Shown in pieces: positions 1 to 8,902 of a stretch of 64,000 bases of DNA. The stretch lies in assembly GCA_038231275.1 (NCBI GenBank), contig JBBRLQ010000019.1, positions 64,001 through 128,000 on the forward strand. Reading direction: 5' to 3'. Each line of letters opens with the position of its first letter. Position 1 is the first letter of the stretch. The notes under the pieces are model-generated. The model was given only the letters and a program-made list of their open reading frames with translations. It was not told the origin of the DNA and searched no databases. Both the position numbers and the translations under genes were made by a program. The DNA is from Polyangiales bacterium. GTDB taxonomy: Bacteria; Myxococcota_A; Polyangia; Polyangiales; Polyangiaceae.

Positions 1-515
1 GAGCCGCGGTGAGGACGCGAGGTCGTGCGCCAACACACGTTCCCGTGATGCGCGAGCGCAATTTAATTAAATAAAAAATCATACGAGGAATGGTGTTTAC
101 GAAATCGTCAATTAACTAAATCGAGATGCGGAGGCGCACGAAGCGGGGCGCTCCGTCGCACGATGCGTGCGTCTCGGTGCGTGCGCGCCATCACTCTGCG
201 CCGGGGCAGCGAGGCGCAGTCAGCCCAGGGCGGGATGAAATACGGCGCGTTTCTCAGCCGGCGGAGCTCGTTAGTCGCCTGACGGTTCAGCGTTCGCCCT
301 ACGTGCGGATTTTGACGAGCCGCCGTGCGCCGAGTGACGGCGTCATTTTTCAACGCGCGCGCCGTCTTCGTCCTGTTTGAGGTCGCGCACACAACTCAAT
401 TAAATTTCTCGACCGGGAATCGTCACTTGAATATACATCGGTCGCGACGGGGGATGTAGCGGCCGTCTTCGATTACCAAGTTCGAGTGCAGGGCTGCGGA
501 GCAAAAGGAGCGCTC

Positions 516-3500
516 ATGCGGAAGCTATCTTTCATCTCGCTTGCCTTCTCGCTGGTGGCGTTCGCCGCCGGCTGCGAGGACGGGCCGAACCAGACCTACA
601 ACCCGGCGCCTCCCAACGCCGGCAACCTGTGGAACAACGGCAACGCCGACGCGGCGGTGAATCCGTTCGCGCAGGACTTCGACGCGGGGTATCCAACCTC
701 CAGCGCGACGTCGCTCTGCAGCACGGACTTCAAGCGGCAGCGGTGGGCGTGGATGCTCACGCAGCCCGTCCAGCCGCCGCGCTTCTACGCCGGCCTCGAC
801 ATGGCGAAGGACGATCTCTGGACCGGCCTCAAGATCGAGGACGCCGAGAATCCGCCCGCCGATCCCAACTCTCCGACCGGCGGTATCTGCCAGTCGACGC
901 CGTTCGGCTTCCAGGGCACGTGCCCCAGCGGCTTCGGCGGCTGCAACCTGAACGCGTGGGGCAATAACGCCGAGGTCCAGTTCTCCTGGAACGTCGCGAC
1001 GCACCTCGTCGACCAGATGATCTTGAACCTCGGGTACACCGGGACGCTGACGACCAAGCCGTACCCCGACCACAACGGCGAGCCTCACTCGTACTCGATT
1101 CAGGTCGGTGACGTGATTCGTCGCGACGGCCAGCCCTTCCAGATCGCGTGGACGGACATCGGCACCGCGCGCACGCAGATCACGGACATCTTCAACGGCG
1201 TCATGTCGACCTTCTCGGTGAAGGCCGGAGTTCCGTTCGACACCTCGACCTGCAACGCCGACGCCGAATGCGTCGCGCCCGGCACCAAATCGATCTGCGA
1301 GTGCAAGCACGCGGTCGACAGCGCCGGCAAACCCCTCGCGACGTGCCAGGCGCCAGGCCAGTGCGGAATCAAGAATTGCGGCACCGACGGCAACTGCCTC
1401 ATCCGGAACGACGGCAGCGTGACGATCTTCGGCATCCGCCCGATGGTCATCTACGTGCAGGGCACGGCCGGCGTCCCGCAGCCGGCCCTCAGCACGCCGA
1501 CGAGCTTCTACAACTTCTTCTCGAAGTGGGAGCCGTTCTCGTACCTCCCGCAAGAGGTGAAGCTCGACAAGGACGGACCCAACTCGTCGGGCACGCCGGT
1601 CGGTGTCCCCAAGGGCTCCACCCTCGTCTGCACCCAGGAAATCGGCCAAACGTTCGACGATTTCCGAAAAAACTGCGTCCAGGTCCACGGCGACTCGTCG
1701 AACCCGAGCGGCGTCGATGCGGTCAACCTCAACAAGGTCACGCATAGCCTCACGCACGATCAGGAGCATTGGACGGCGAACGTGCTGGGAGTGAACCAGA
1801 ACTTCACGTCGCTCCGGGTTCTCAACAACGAAGACTCGGTCGTTCTCGACACCGACGTGCCGGAGCCCGGCGACATCGCGCAGGATTGGACGTTCGACGT
1901 CCGCGCGCGCGGCGCGGTCAAGAACGAGTGGGGCGGAGATCTGCCCGGGTCGGCCCTCGTCTTCATCGAGTGGGCGCGCCTCATGCTCGAGGACATCGCC
2001 AAGATTCAAGGCCTCCCGGCGCCCAAGAAGCTCGGCGATCCGACGTGCGTCGGCTACGACGCCGCCGGCAACCCGAACTACAAGAACAGCACCGGATGCT
2101 CGGGCATCGAGGGTCTCATCGTCCCGTCGTACGGCGGCGTCGACTTCAGCAAGGACCCCAAGCGGCCCGATCTCGACGCCGGCATCAACTACGACGTCCT
2201 CTTCTCGTACGCCAGCGTGCTGAAGCCCGGTGACGTCGTCGGCCCGCTCTGCCTCGACCCCGGTGTCATGAGCGACTGCACCTACGACACGACGCTCTCC
2301 ACCTGGGGCAACGCGCTCCTGCACGTCACGCGCGTGATGGGCAATGGAGACATCAACAAGGTCCCGAGCGAGCTCCGTGACCGTCGCTACTACTTCAAGT
2401 GGTTCGGTGTCGCCTTCATCAAGTACATGAAGGCGTACGGCAACTACGACGCCGTCAAGCGCTTGCAGCTCCCCGACGGCACGCCGGGCGGCGGGCTCGG
2501 CCCGTCGGACGTCGCGGCGCAGCAGATCGACCTCGAGGCGCTGTTCTTCGACTACCTGGCCCAGCCGGGCGCAGGTGGCGCGCAGACGTTCGACAAGTTC
2601 GAGTACGTCGACCGCGAGTTCATCGGCAAGGGTGTCGGCGGGCAGTTCAACTGGGTCCCGTGGGACTTCGAGTACGGCACCGATCTGAAGGGCGGCAACC
2701 AGCGCTACGACAACTACTTCCGCCGCATGGATCGCGAAGAGGTCGCCCTCTACTCGGCGATGCTCACCGACAAGACGCACACGCCCGGCCAGGAGAACAA
2801 CGTCAACGTGACGAACCTGTTCGGCAGCATCATGCTCGGCGGCGACCCTTCGTCGAACGTGTCCGGCCTCTGGTCGAGCTACGCCTGCGCCATCGGACAA
2901 GCCGGCGATCCGGGCGCAAATTGCGGAGGCGTCAACCCGCCGCTCGATCCCACCAACCCCTCGAAGCTCCCGGCGTGCGGCGCCGGCGGCACGTGCGCGG
3001 CCGGTCGCGGCTGCATCACCGGAGTCACGTACGAGGCGGGCAACATCACCAAGTGTGCCGTGCCGTGCAACTTCACTTCGTATCCGAAATCCGGGTGCGC
3101 GAGCACAAGTCAGACGTGCGTAGTGAACGGCAGCTCCAATGGCTGCTTCGACATGATGATGGATTTGAACGGCACGGCCCCGAACGCCAAGCCGCTCCTC
3201 TCCTACTACCCCGGCGCGTGGACGCGAACGCCGTTCGGCCGCGGTCACAGCCCGATCAAGCTGCCCCAGGCCAACAAGAAGCCGCAGCTCGGCGTCGCGA
3301 AGGTCATCCTGCCGAACTTCCTCGACGGTCCGTATACGGCGAGCCCGGCGGTCGTCGATTCGACAGGCAAGTGCCCGACGAATTACGCGATCAGCGCGAA
3401 CGGTGTGTGGTGCAACGCGCCGCTCAACTCCGGCAACGGCGCACTCGCGGCGACCTTCAATGCGCTCTCGCCGTGGCTCGAGGTGCAGCCTGGTGTCGGC

Positions 3501-4049
3501 TTCCGTATCCCGCTCGACGGGCAGCGTGACCAGCAGGTCTCGACCGGACAGATCGACTACACCGGCGTCCTCGAGAGCTACATCGTCGACTACATCCCGT
3601 ACATCGACGGGGCGAAGGCGAGCTGCGTCGCAGACGGCAAGTGCAACAAGGGCTTCGTCTGCGAACCGGCCTCCAAGAGCTGCATCACCGACGACGATAC
3701 GATCGACGTCCAGGCGATCGAAGGCGCCGACTTCCTCGGCGAGGCGTTCCTCTGCCTCGACCCGCAGACGAGCGACGTCCTCCACGCACGCATGTACGAC
3801 TCGGTCCTCCCGATCATCGAGTGGTTCGCGGCCCACCCGGGCGGCGGCGTCAACCCGAACCAGGGCGGCTACTACCCGAGCGCGCAGAGCGCCTGCCAGA
3901 TCGTCATCCGGCGGACGCCCTACGACAACTACATCGACAGCATCACGTCCAAGACCTACGGCGTCGACCTCAACGTCGGCGGCGGTCAGGGCCTCGGTCG
4001 AATCACCGATGTCGTCCTCTTCGACCCCACGCTGGTCCAGGCCCTGTGA
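516..4049 (+). CDS. Large Cys-rich lipoprotein of unknown function (~1177 aa)
   Basis: AAGGAG SD at 505-510 before ATG 516; signal peptide with lipobox (LAFSLVAFAAG-C); several Cys-rich modules; strong GC3 codon bias. Confidence 0.85.
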   Translation: MRKLSFISLAFSLVAFAAGCEDGPNQTYNPAPPNAGNLWNNGNADAAVNPFAQDFDAGYPTSSATSLCSTDFKRQRWAWMLTQPVQPPRFYAGLDMAKDDLWTGLKIEDAENPPADPNSPTGGICQSTPFGFQGTCPSGFGGCNLNAWGNNAEVQFSWNVATHLVDQMILNLGYTGTLTTKPYPDHNGEPHSYSIQVGDVIRRDGQPFQIAWTDIGTARTQITDIFNGVMSTFSVKAGVPFDTSTCNADAECVAPGTKSICECKHAVDSAGKPLATCQAPGQCGIKNCGTDGNCLIRNDGSVTIFGIRPMVIYVQGTAGVPQPALSTPTSFYNFFSKWEPFSYLPQEVKLDKDGPNSSGTPVGVPKGSTLVCTQEIGQTFDDFRKNCVQVHGDSSNPSGVDAVNLNKVTHSLTHDQEHWTANVLGVNQNFTSLRVLNNEDSVVLDTDVPEPGDIAQDWTFDVRARGAVKNEWGGDLPGSALVFIEWARLMLEDIAKIQGLPAPKKLGDPTCVGYDAAGNPNYKNSTGCSGIEGLIVPSYGGVDFSKDPKRPDLDAGINYDVLFSYASVLKPGDVVGPLCLDPGVMSDCTYDTTLSTWGNALLHVTRVMGNGDINKVPSELRDRRYYFKWFGVAFIKYMKAYGNYDAVKRLQLPDGTPGGGLGPSDVAAQQIDLEALFFDYLAQPGAGGAQTFDKFEYVDREFIGKGVGGQFNWVPWDFEYGTDLKGGNQRYDNYFRRMDREEVALYSAMLTDKTHTPGQENNVNVTNLFGSIMLGGDPSSNVSGLWSSYACAIGQAGDPGANCGGVNPPLDPTNPSKLPACGAGGTCAAGRGCITGVTYEAGNITKCAVPCNFTSYPKSGCASTSQTCVVNGSSNGCFDMMMDLNGTAPNAKPLLSYYPGAWTRTPFGRGHSPIKLPQANKKPQLGVAKVILPNFLDGPYTASPAVVDSTGKCPTNYAISANGVWCNAPLNSGNGALAATFNALSPWLEVQPGVGFRIPLDGQRDQQVSTGQIDYTGVLESYIVDYIPYIDGAKASCVADGKCNKGFVCEPASKSCITDDDTIDVQAIEGADFLGEAFLCLDPQTSDVLHARMYDSVLPIIEWFAAHPGGGVNPNQGGYYPSAQSACQIVIRRTPYDNYIDSITSKTYGVDLNVGGGQGLGRITDVVLFDPTLVQAL

Positions 4050-7000
4050 TGCGCCCGGAGATGAAAACCATGACGTCCATGAGCCATCGTTCCACCTCCG
4101 CCTTGATCGCGCTCGCTTCGGTGAGCGCGCTCTGGGGCTGCGTCGCCGACCGCCCTTCGCGTAATGGCGTCTTCAGCGAGAACCAGTATCTCCGCAAGGA
4201 TTTTCTCGTCCAGCCGGGAGACGGCAACGCGCCCGATCGCGGCTGGTTCGTCAAATCCACGATCGTCGCGACGTCGACCCCCAACCCGCTCGCGAACGTG
4301 AGCGGGGCCGGGCTCTTCGCCGGCGCGGAGTCGGGGACGTCCAACTTCGTCCGCTTCGGCCTCACGCAGGACAAGCTGAACGTCATCAACCTGCGCGAGA
4401 TCAGCAACGATCCCAACTGGCAGGCGCAGAACCAGCGCGTGCCGGAGACGATCAACTCGTGGCCGGTCGCCAACGTCGATCTGAAATACCGCATCAACCT
4501 CGACGGCGAGAAGACCAACTTCTACGAAGAGAACCAGGAGCTCGACTGGCAAGTGCGTCAGTGGGTGAAGATCAACTTCGCAAAGAACGACATGAGCGAC
4601 TTCTACATGTTTTACGGGGGCCTGAACCCCGTCTTGCAGAAGTGTACCGACCAAGCGAACGCGACGGCGACGCTGGTGCCCGGCTCGTTCAACGTGGACA
4701 CGCCGAACGAGTATTGGGAGTACACGGTCGCCGTGACCGTGCCGGTCGGCTACAGCGACGGCGACGCCGCGACATGTCAGGCCGCGTTCGGCGCCTCCGC
4801 GGCCGGCTTCTTCAAGCTGAACCGCCAGAACGTCACCATCAACATCAAGACGGCGTTCGTCCGGCCCAACAAGGTCGTCGACGGCACGTACGTACCGATG
4901 CCGCTCGCCGAGAAGGATCCGATCCGCCGAAAGTACGGCGCGTTCGAGGTCCAGCCGATCTACCGCGACACGAGCTCGGGTCTCTTGACGTCGCAATCGC
5001 TCGTCGCACGCTTCAACCCGAATCACGACATCGTCTACTACTTCGCCCCCGGCATGCCCGAGGTCTACAAGCAGTTCTTCATCAAGGCGGGTGGGCTCGT
5101 CGAGCAGACGAACAATAGCATCCTCGCGAAGTCGGGCGGCAAGGGTCGCCTGAAGATGTTCAACTACAACGACGACACGACGTACGGCGACGGCAAAGGG
5201 CCGATCCGCATGTACGGCGATCCTCGCTACAGCTTCATCAACTGGCACTCGGATCTCGACAACGGCTCGGCGCTCCTCGGCATCGCGCAGTTCTTCGTCG
5301 ATCCGCACAGCGGCGAGACGTTGTCGGCGAGCGTCAACCTCTTCGAAGGCAACTTCAAGGACACGACGCAGCAGCGCCTCGATCTGTTCCTCCAGACCGT
5401 CGGCACCGAGTACCTCACGCCGAGCGGCGAGTTCGACGACTCCAAGTACCCGCAAGGCTGCAAGGACGGCGACGTCGTGCCGCTCGTGCCCGCCAACGTC
5501 GCGGGCCTCCTGAACCGCCAGTCGACCGTGTACGGCAAGATGCAGGCGTACCTGCAGAAACCGTTCGCCACGTACGGCTACCTCGGGCCCGCGGACTTCC
5601 TGCCGAACCACGACAGCGACTTTTACAACGCCTACTTCTCGGTGCTCCCGTACAACGTCTACGCCGATCCTTCGGCGAACCCGTACGTGACGCCGGAGGG
5701 GACGCAGCTCGACTCGAGCGCGGCCCAGTGGACGTCGCTCCAGCAGATCGCCGCGTTCAACAAGCTCGCGGGCAAGATCGACCAGGGCTGGGCGCCCTAC
5801 GACGTCGAGGGCCCCGGCGCGGTCAAGGGAGCGGTCGACTTCTCGGAGACGTGGTCGACCCTTGCCCAGTCCGTCACCGACTACGAGTACACGCGCCGCT
5901 ACGGCAGCAAGATGCGCGCGGCGGACGACGCGTCGCTCTTCTCGTACTTCGATATCTACCAAAAGAACGGACGGCACTGCGTCGGCGGAAAGTGGGAGTC
6001 GCGAGCGGACTACACCACCAACCTCATCACGAGCCTCAACATGGCGGTGGCGGCGCACGAGTTCGGGCACACGCTCGGCCTGCGCCACAACTTCATGGGC
6101 TCGATCGACCAGCGCAACTTCCCGAAAGACGCGAACGGTCGCCCGACGCTCTATGCGTCGAGCCTCATGGACTACAACCAGACGATCTCGGAGGCGTTCT
6201 TCGAGACGAACCCGGGCTCGCCCGGCTGGGGTCCGTACGACGCGGCGGCGCTCGGCTGGATTTATGGCAACAGCCTCTCGACGAGCGCGGTCGGCCCCGT
6301 AGCGACGCCGGCCGGTCAGAAGTCGTCGACGGCCTCGGGTCAGGTCAGCGCGACGGCTCCGTGGAACGATCCGCTCGGCTTCGCGGCCGACGGCAAGACG
6401 GAGAACCCGTTCCTCTACTGCAGCGACGAGCACCTCCGCTACACGCCGCTCTGTCGGCAGTACGACTCGGGCGTGACGCCGTCGGAAATCACCGCGAACG
6501 ATCTCCAGCGCCGTGAGTGGAATTACTTGTGGACGAACTTCCGCCTCTACCACAAGTACTTCTCGACCGAGAATTACGGCCAGGGCGTCGTCCGCGACTT
6601 CAACGAGATGCGCCGCTTCTCGTCGCTCTGGGCCTTCGACTGGTCGGGCGGCGAGCTCACCAATACGCTGCGCCTCATCGGCACGAAGGTCCCGGTGGGG
6701 ACGACCGCCGCGGACTACTACAACCAGCTGACCGCGAAGTTCAACACCGACGCGTCGATCGCGAACCAGCTCGCGGCGTCGTACCACCGCGCGATCATCG
6801 AGCAGGCCTCCGGCGAGCGTCCGTTCGTCACCGTGTTCGATCCGTTCTACGGCGACGTCACCCAGCAGGGCATCCAGATCGACAAGGTCCAAGCGACCAC
6901 GTCGTTCAGCGCGCTCTGGCCCGCGATCAGCAATTACGATCCGAGCCAGGCGGCCGGCGTGTACTTCTCGAGCGCGTCCGGTCAATTCGGCGATTCGACG

Positions 7001-7582
7001 TACACCTCGGTGTCGCGCGCCGTCCTCGCGGACTTCCTGGGCGCCGCGTTCGCGACGTTCCAGTACGCGCAGCTCGGTCCTATCGCGAACTTCGCGGCGT
7101 CGACGCATAGCGCGAAGTACACGGGCGATCTCCGGCTGCAGACCTGGGTCGGCGGCTGGGCCTTCAACCGCGAGCGTGACTTCCTGGACTTCGTCCGGCA
7201 GTCCGCGGTCGCGACCAAGTTCGCCAACTGCGACGAGAACGGCCTCAACTGCTCGCCGTGCACGTCGCTCGACAAGTGCACCTGGGACCCGCGCACGCAG
7301 CAGGCACGCGCGGCCCAGCTGACGCAGTCCGATCACTACAACCGCTTCCAGTCGCCGGACGGACGCACCTACATCTGGGGCTTCATCCGGAGCCGCAACC
7401 AGTGGGTCATCGCGGACAAGGATCGCAACATCGCGACCTACGCCCTGATGCTCAACTGGACCACCGACATCATCAACGGCGAGGACGACGGCTTCAACGG
7501 CGCCAGCCCGCTGGAGTACAAGGTCCGCTACATCGTCGACGCCTTTACGACCTACGATCAGCAGACGCTCAACGCGCCGTGA
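4049..7582 (+). CDS. Zinc-dependent metalloprotease lipoprotein (metzincin, EcxA/DUF4953-like)
   Basis: TGATG overlap with upstream stop (alternative starts 4061/4070/4079); lipobox ALWG-C; HEFGHTLGLRHNF (HExxHxxGxxH) and Met-turn SSLMDY. Confidence 0.9.
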   Translation: MRPEMKTMTSMSHRSTSALIALASVSALWGCVADRPSRNGVFSENQYLRKDFLVQPGDGNAPDRGWFVKSTIVATSTPNPLANVSGAGLFAGAESGTSNFVRFGLTQDKLNVINLREISNDPNWQAQNQRVPETINSWPVANVDLKYRINLDGEKTNFYEENQELDWQVRQWVKINFAKNDMSDFYMFYGGLNPVLQKCTDQANATATLVPGSFNVDTPNEYWEYTVAVTVPVGYSDGDAATCQAAFGASAAGFFKLNRQNVTINIKTAFVRPNKVVDGTYVPMPLAEKDPIRRKYGAFEVQPIYRDTSSGLLTSQSLVARFNPNHDIVYYFAPGMPEVYKQFFIKAGGLVEQTNNSILAKSGGKGRLKMFNYNDDTTYGDGKGPIRMYGDPRYSFINWHSDLDNGSALLGIAQFFVDPHSGETLSASVNLFEGNFKDTTQQRLDLFLQTVGTEYLTPSGEFDDSKYPQGCKDGDVVPLVPANVAGLLNRQSTVYGKMQAYLQKPFATYGYLGPADFLPNHDSDFYNAYFSVLPYNVYADPSANPYVTPEGTQLDSSAAQWTSLQQIAAFNKLAGKIDQGWAPYDVEGPGAVKGAVDFSETWSTLAQSVTDYEYTRRYGSKMRAADDASLFSYFDIYQKNGRHCVGGKWESRADYTTNLITSLNMAVAAHEFGHTLGLRHNFMGSIDQRNFPKDANGRPTLYASSLMDYNQTISEAFFETNPGSPGWGPYDAAALGWIYGNSLSTSAVGPVATPAGQKSSTASGQVSATAPWNDPLGFAADGKTENPFLYCSDEHLRYTPLCRQYDSGVTPSEITANDLQRREWNYLWTNFRLYHKYFSTENYGQGVVRDFNEMRRFSSLWAFDWSGGELTNTLRLIGTKVPVGTTAADYYNQLTAKFNTDASIANQLAASYHRAIIEQASGERPFVTVFDPFYGDVTQQGIQIDKVQATTSFSALWPAISNYDPSQAAGVYFSSASGQFGDSTYTSVSRAVLADFLGAAFATFQYAQLGPIANFAASTHSAKYTGDLRLQTWVGGWAFNRERDFLDFVRQSAVATKFANCDENGLNCSPCTSLDKCTWDPRTQQARAAQLTQSDHYNRFQSPDGRTYIWGFIRSRNQWVIADKDRNIATYALMLNWTTDIINGEDDGFNGASPLEYKVRYIVDAFTTYDQQTLNAP

Positions 7583-7609
7583 CGGGTTCGTAAAACCAGT
7601 TACCTCATT

Positions 7610-7687
7610 CTCTTCCTACCCCCGCTCCCACCCGCCCCCGATCGCATCCGGGGCAAGCCCCGGGAGCGGGGGTGGGGAGGGATTTTT
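7610..7687 (+). terminator. Probable intrinsic terminator with a large structured loop
   Basis: 20-bp stem 7610-7629/7662-7681 fully paired on the + strand using 3 G-U pairs, followed by ATTTTT; lies just after the metalloprotease stop. Confidence 0.65.
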
Positions 7688-7703
7688 CCCATTTCGAGGC
7701 ACC

Positions 7704-8072
7704 GTGAAGCTTCGCAGCGCGCTCGTCTTCTTCTTGGCCTGCGGCGTCCTCGCGGCGTCCGCATGCAACAGCTCCTCGTCGACCGCGACGAACGACGGCG
7801 GCGGCGCGACCGACACCGACAGCGGCGCACGGGGCTCCTCCGGGAGCTCGGGCGGGAGCCATGACGGCGCGGCACCCTCCGAAACAGGCTCTGCGGACGA
7901 CGGCGCGCTACCCGACGACGGGAGTACGCCCGGCGACGGCGCCGCCTCCACGGACGACGGCAGTAGCGGAACGTCGAGCGACGGCGGATGCGCGGGCGTC
8001 GGCGACAAATGCGGCCCCGGCATCAAGTGTTGCGCGGGAACGACCTGCGACATCTACAAAACGTGCAGTTGA
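7704..8072 (+). CDS. Small lipoprotein: acidic Gly/Ser/Asp stalk and C-terminal 6-Cys knottin-like domain
   Basis: GAGG SD then GTG; lipobox AASA-C; C-terminus CAGVGDKCGPGIKCCAGTTCDIYKTCS. Confidence 0.8.
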   Translation: MKLRSALVFFLACGVLAASACNSSSSTATNDGGGATDTDSGARGSSGSSGGSHDGAAPSETGSADDGALPDDGSTPGDGAASTDDGSSGTSSDGGCAGVGDKCGPGIKCCAGTTCDIYKTCS

Positions 8073-8106
8073 ACCGCGCGGATGGCCCGCTCTCGCGATC
8101 GCTCCG

Positions 8107-8640
8107 TCAGTGAACCTGCCACCGCCCGTGGGCCAAGGTGTACTTGATCTCCGTGCCGCCACCGGTCGGATCGTCGGGCACGAGTCGGATCACCTCGTTG
8201 CCCTTCAGCGTCCAGCGCTCGTCCCACTTGCCGTCGCGGTCCATGTCGACGAGGACGCCGCCGAACCGATGCTCGGCGACGCTGCCGACGATGCGGGCCT
8301 TGTAGGGGCGGTCGGGGAAGAGATCGAGGAGGCGCGTGCGTTCGAGGCGCTCGTCGGCGAGGGCGGCGAAGATGTCCTTGTCCATGGGGCGGAGGGGCAC
8401 GCCCGCTTGGAAGGAAGGATCCTCGGCGAGGTCGAAGTGCTGGACGGCGGGCGATGCTGCGTTTGGCGCCGCCGCCGCCGAGAGCGCGGGCGAGGACGTC
8501 TTGGCCTCGACCTCCGGGATTCGCCGAGACCAGCGCCCCACGCCGATGCCGACGCCGCCCACGAGCGCGAACGCCACGAGCAGCGTCCCCTTCGACCGCC
8601 ACGCTGTTCCAAGGCGAATTGCCTGCCCGCGGTTTGTCAT
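8107..8640 (-). CDS. Hypothetical membrane-anchored protein with DxDxDG Ca-binding-like motif
   Basis: One hydrophobic segment (TLLVAFALVGGVGIGVG); DMDRDGKWDE motif; start chosen at ATG 8640. Confidence 0.65.
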   Translation of the reverse strand: MTNRGQAIRLGTAWRSKGTLLVAFALVGGVGIGVGRWSRRIPEVEAKTSSPALSAAAAPNAASPAVQHFDLAEDPSFQAGVPLRPMDKDIFAALADERLERTRLLDLFPDRPYKARIVGSVAEHRFGGVLVDMDRDGKWDERWTLKGNEVIRLVPDDPTGGGTEIKYTLAHGRWQVH

Positions 8641-8902
8641 GATTGGAATTCTTTTAGCCTGATCGGATGAAGCCGCAATCGAACTAGCGGCACGATCATG
8701 ACAAAGCGCAAGATTACAAAATAGCGACCGGGTAAGTGGCCCATCGGGGCGAGCGGCCTCGTGCGTCAGCGCACGCATGCGACCGAATGCCACGCCGTGC
8801 GCGACGTCACGGGGGCAGCACATCGAACGGTTTCGACCTTGGCCCACGACGCGCGAGGTTTACGTTGGTGGAGCGACGCACGGCGACGCGTGGGAGGCTT
8901 CG

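Noticed and set aside
108..392. Short ORFs in the first 480 bp
   Set aside because: Arg/Ala-rich, no codon bias; region looks regulatory
3641..4048. N-terminal extensions given by the ORF track (3641, 17618, 21898, 28591, 46501, 47742, 49306, 52233, 54510)
   Set aside because: They overlap neighbouring genes in junk-like frames; real starts are marked by signal peptides, SD or -10 boxes, or stop/start overlaps
525..7336. Very long antisense ORFs (525-3836, 3986-7336; also 17849-20314, 36188-38836, 58352-63025)
   Set aside because: They mirror real genes on the opposite strand; expected from high-GC codon bias; no recognisable motifs
8839..8856. GG-N10-GC upstream of the 8903 gene as a sigma-54 promoter
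   Set aside because: Poor match outside the dinucleotides; such matches are frequent at this GC content
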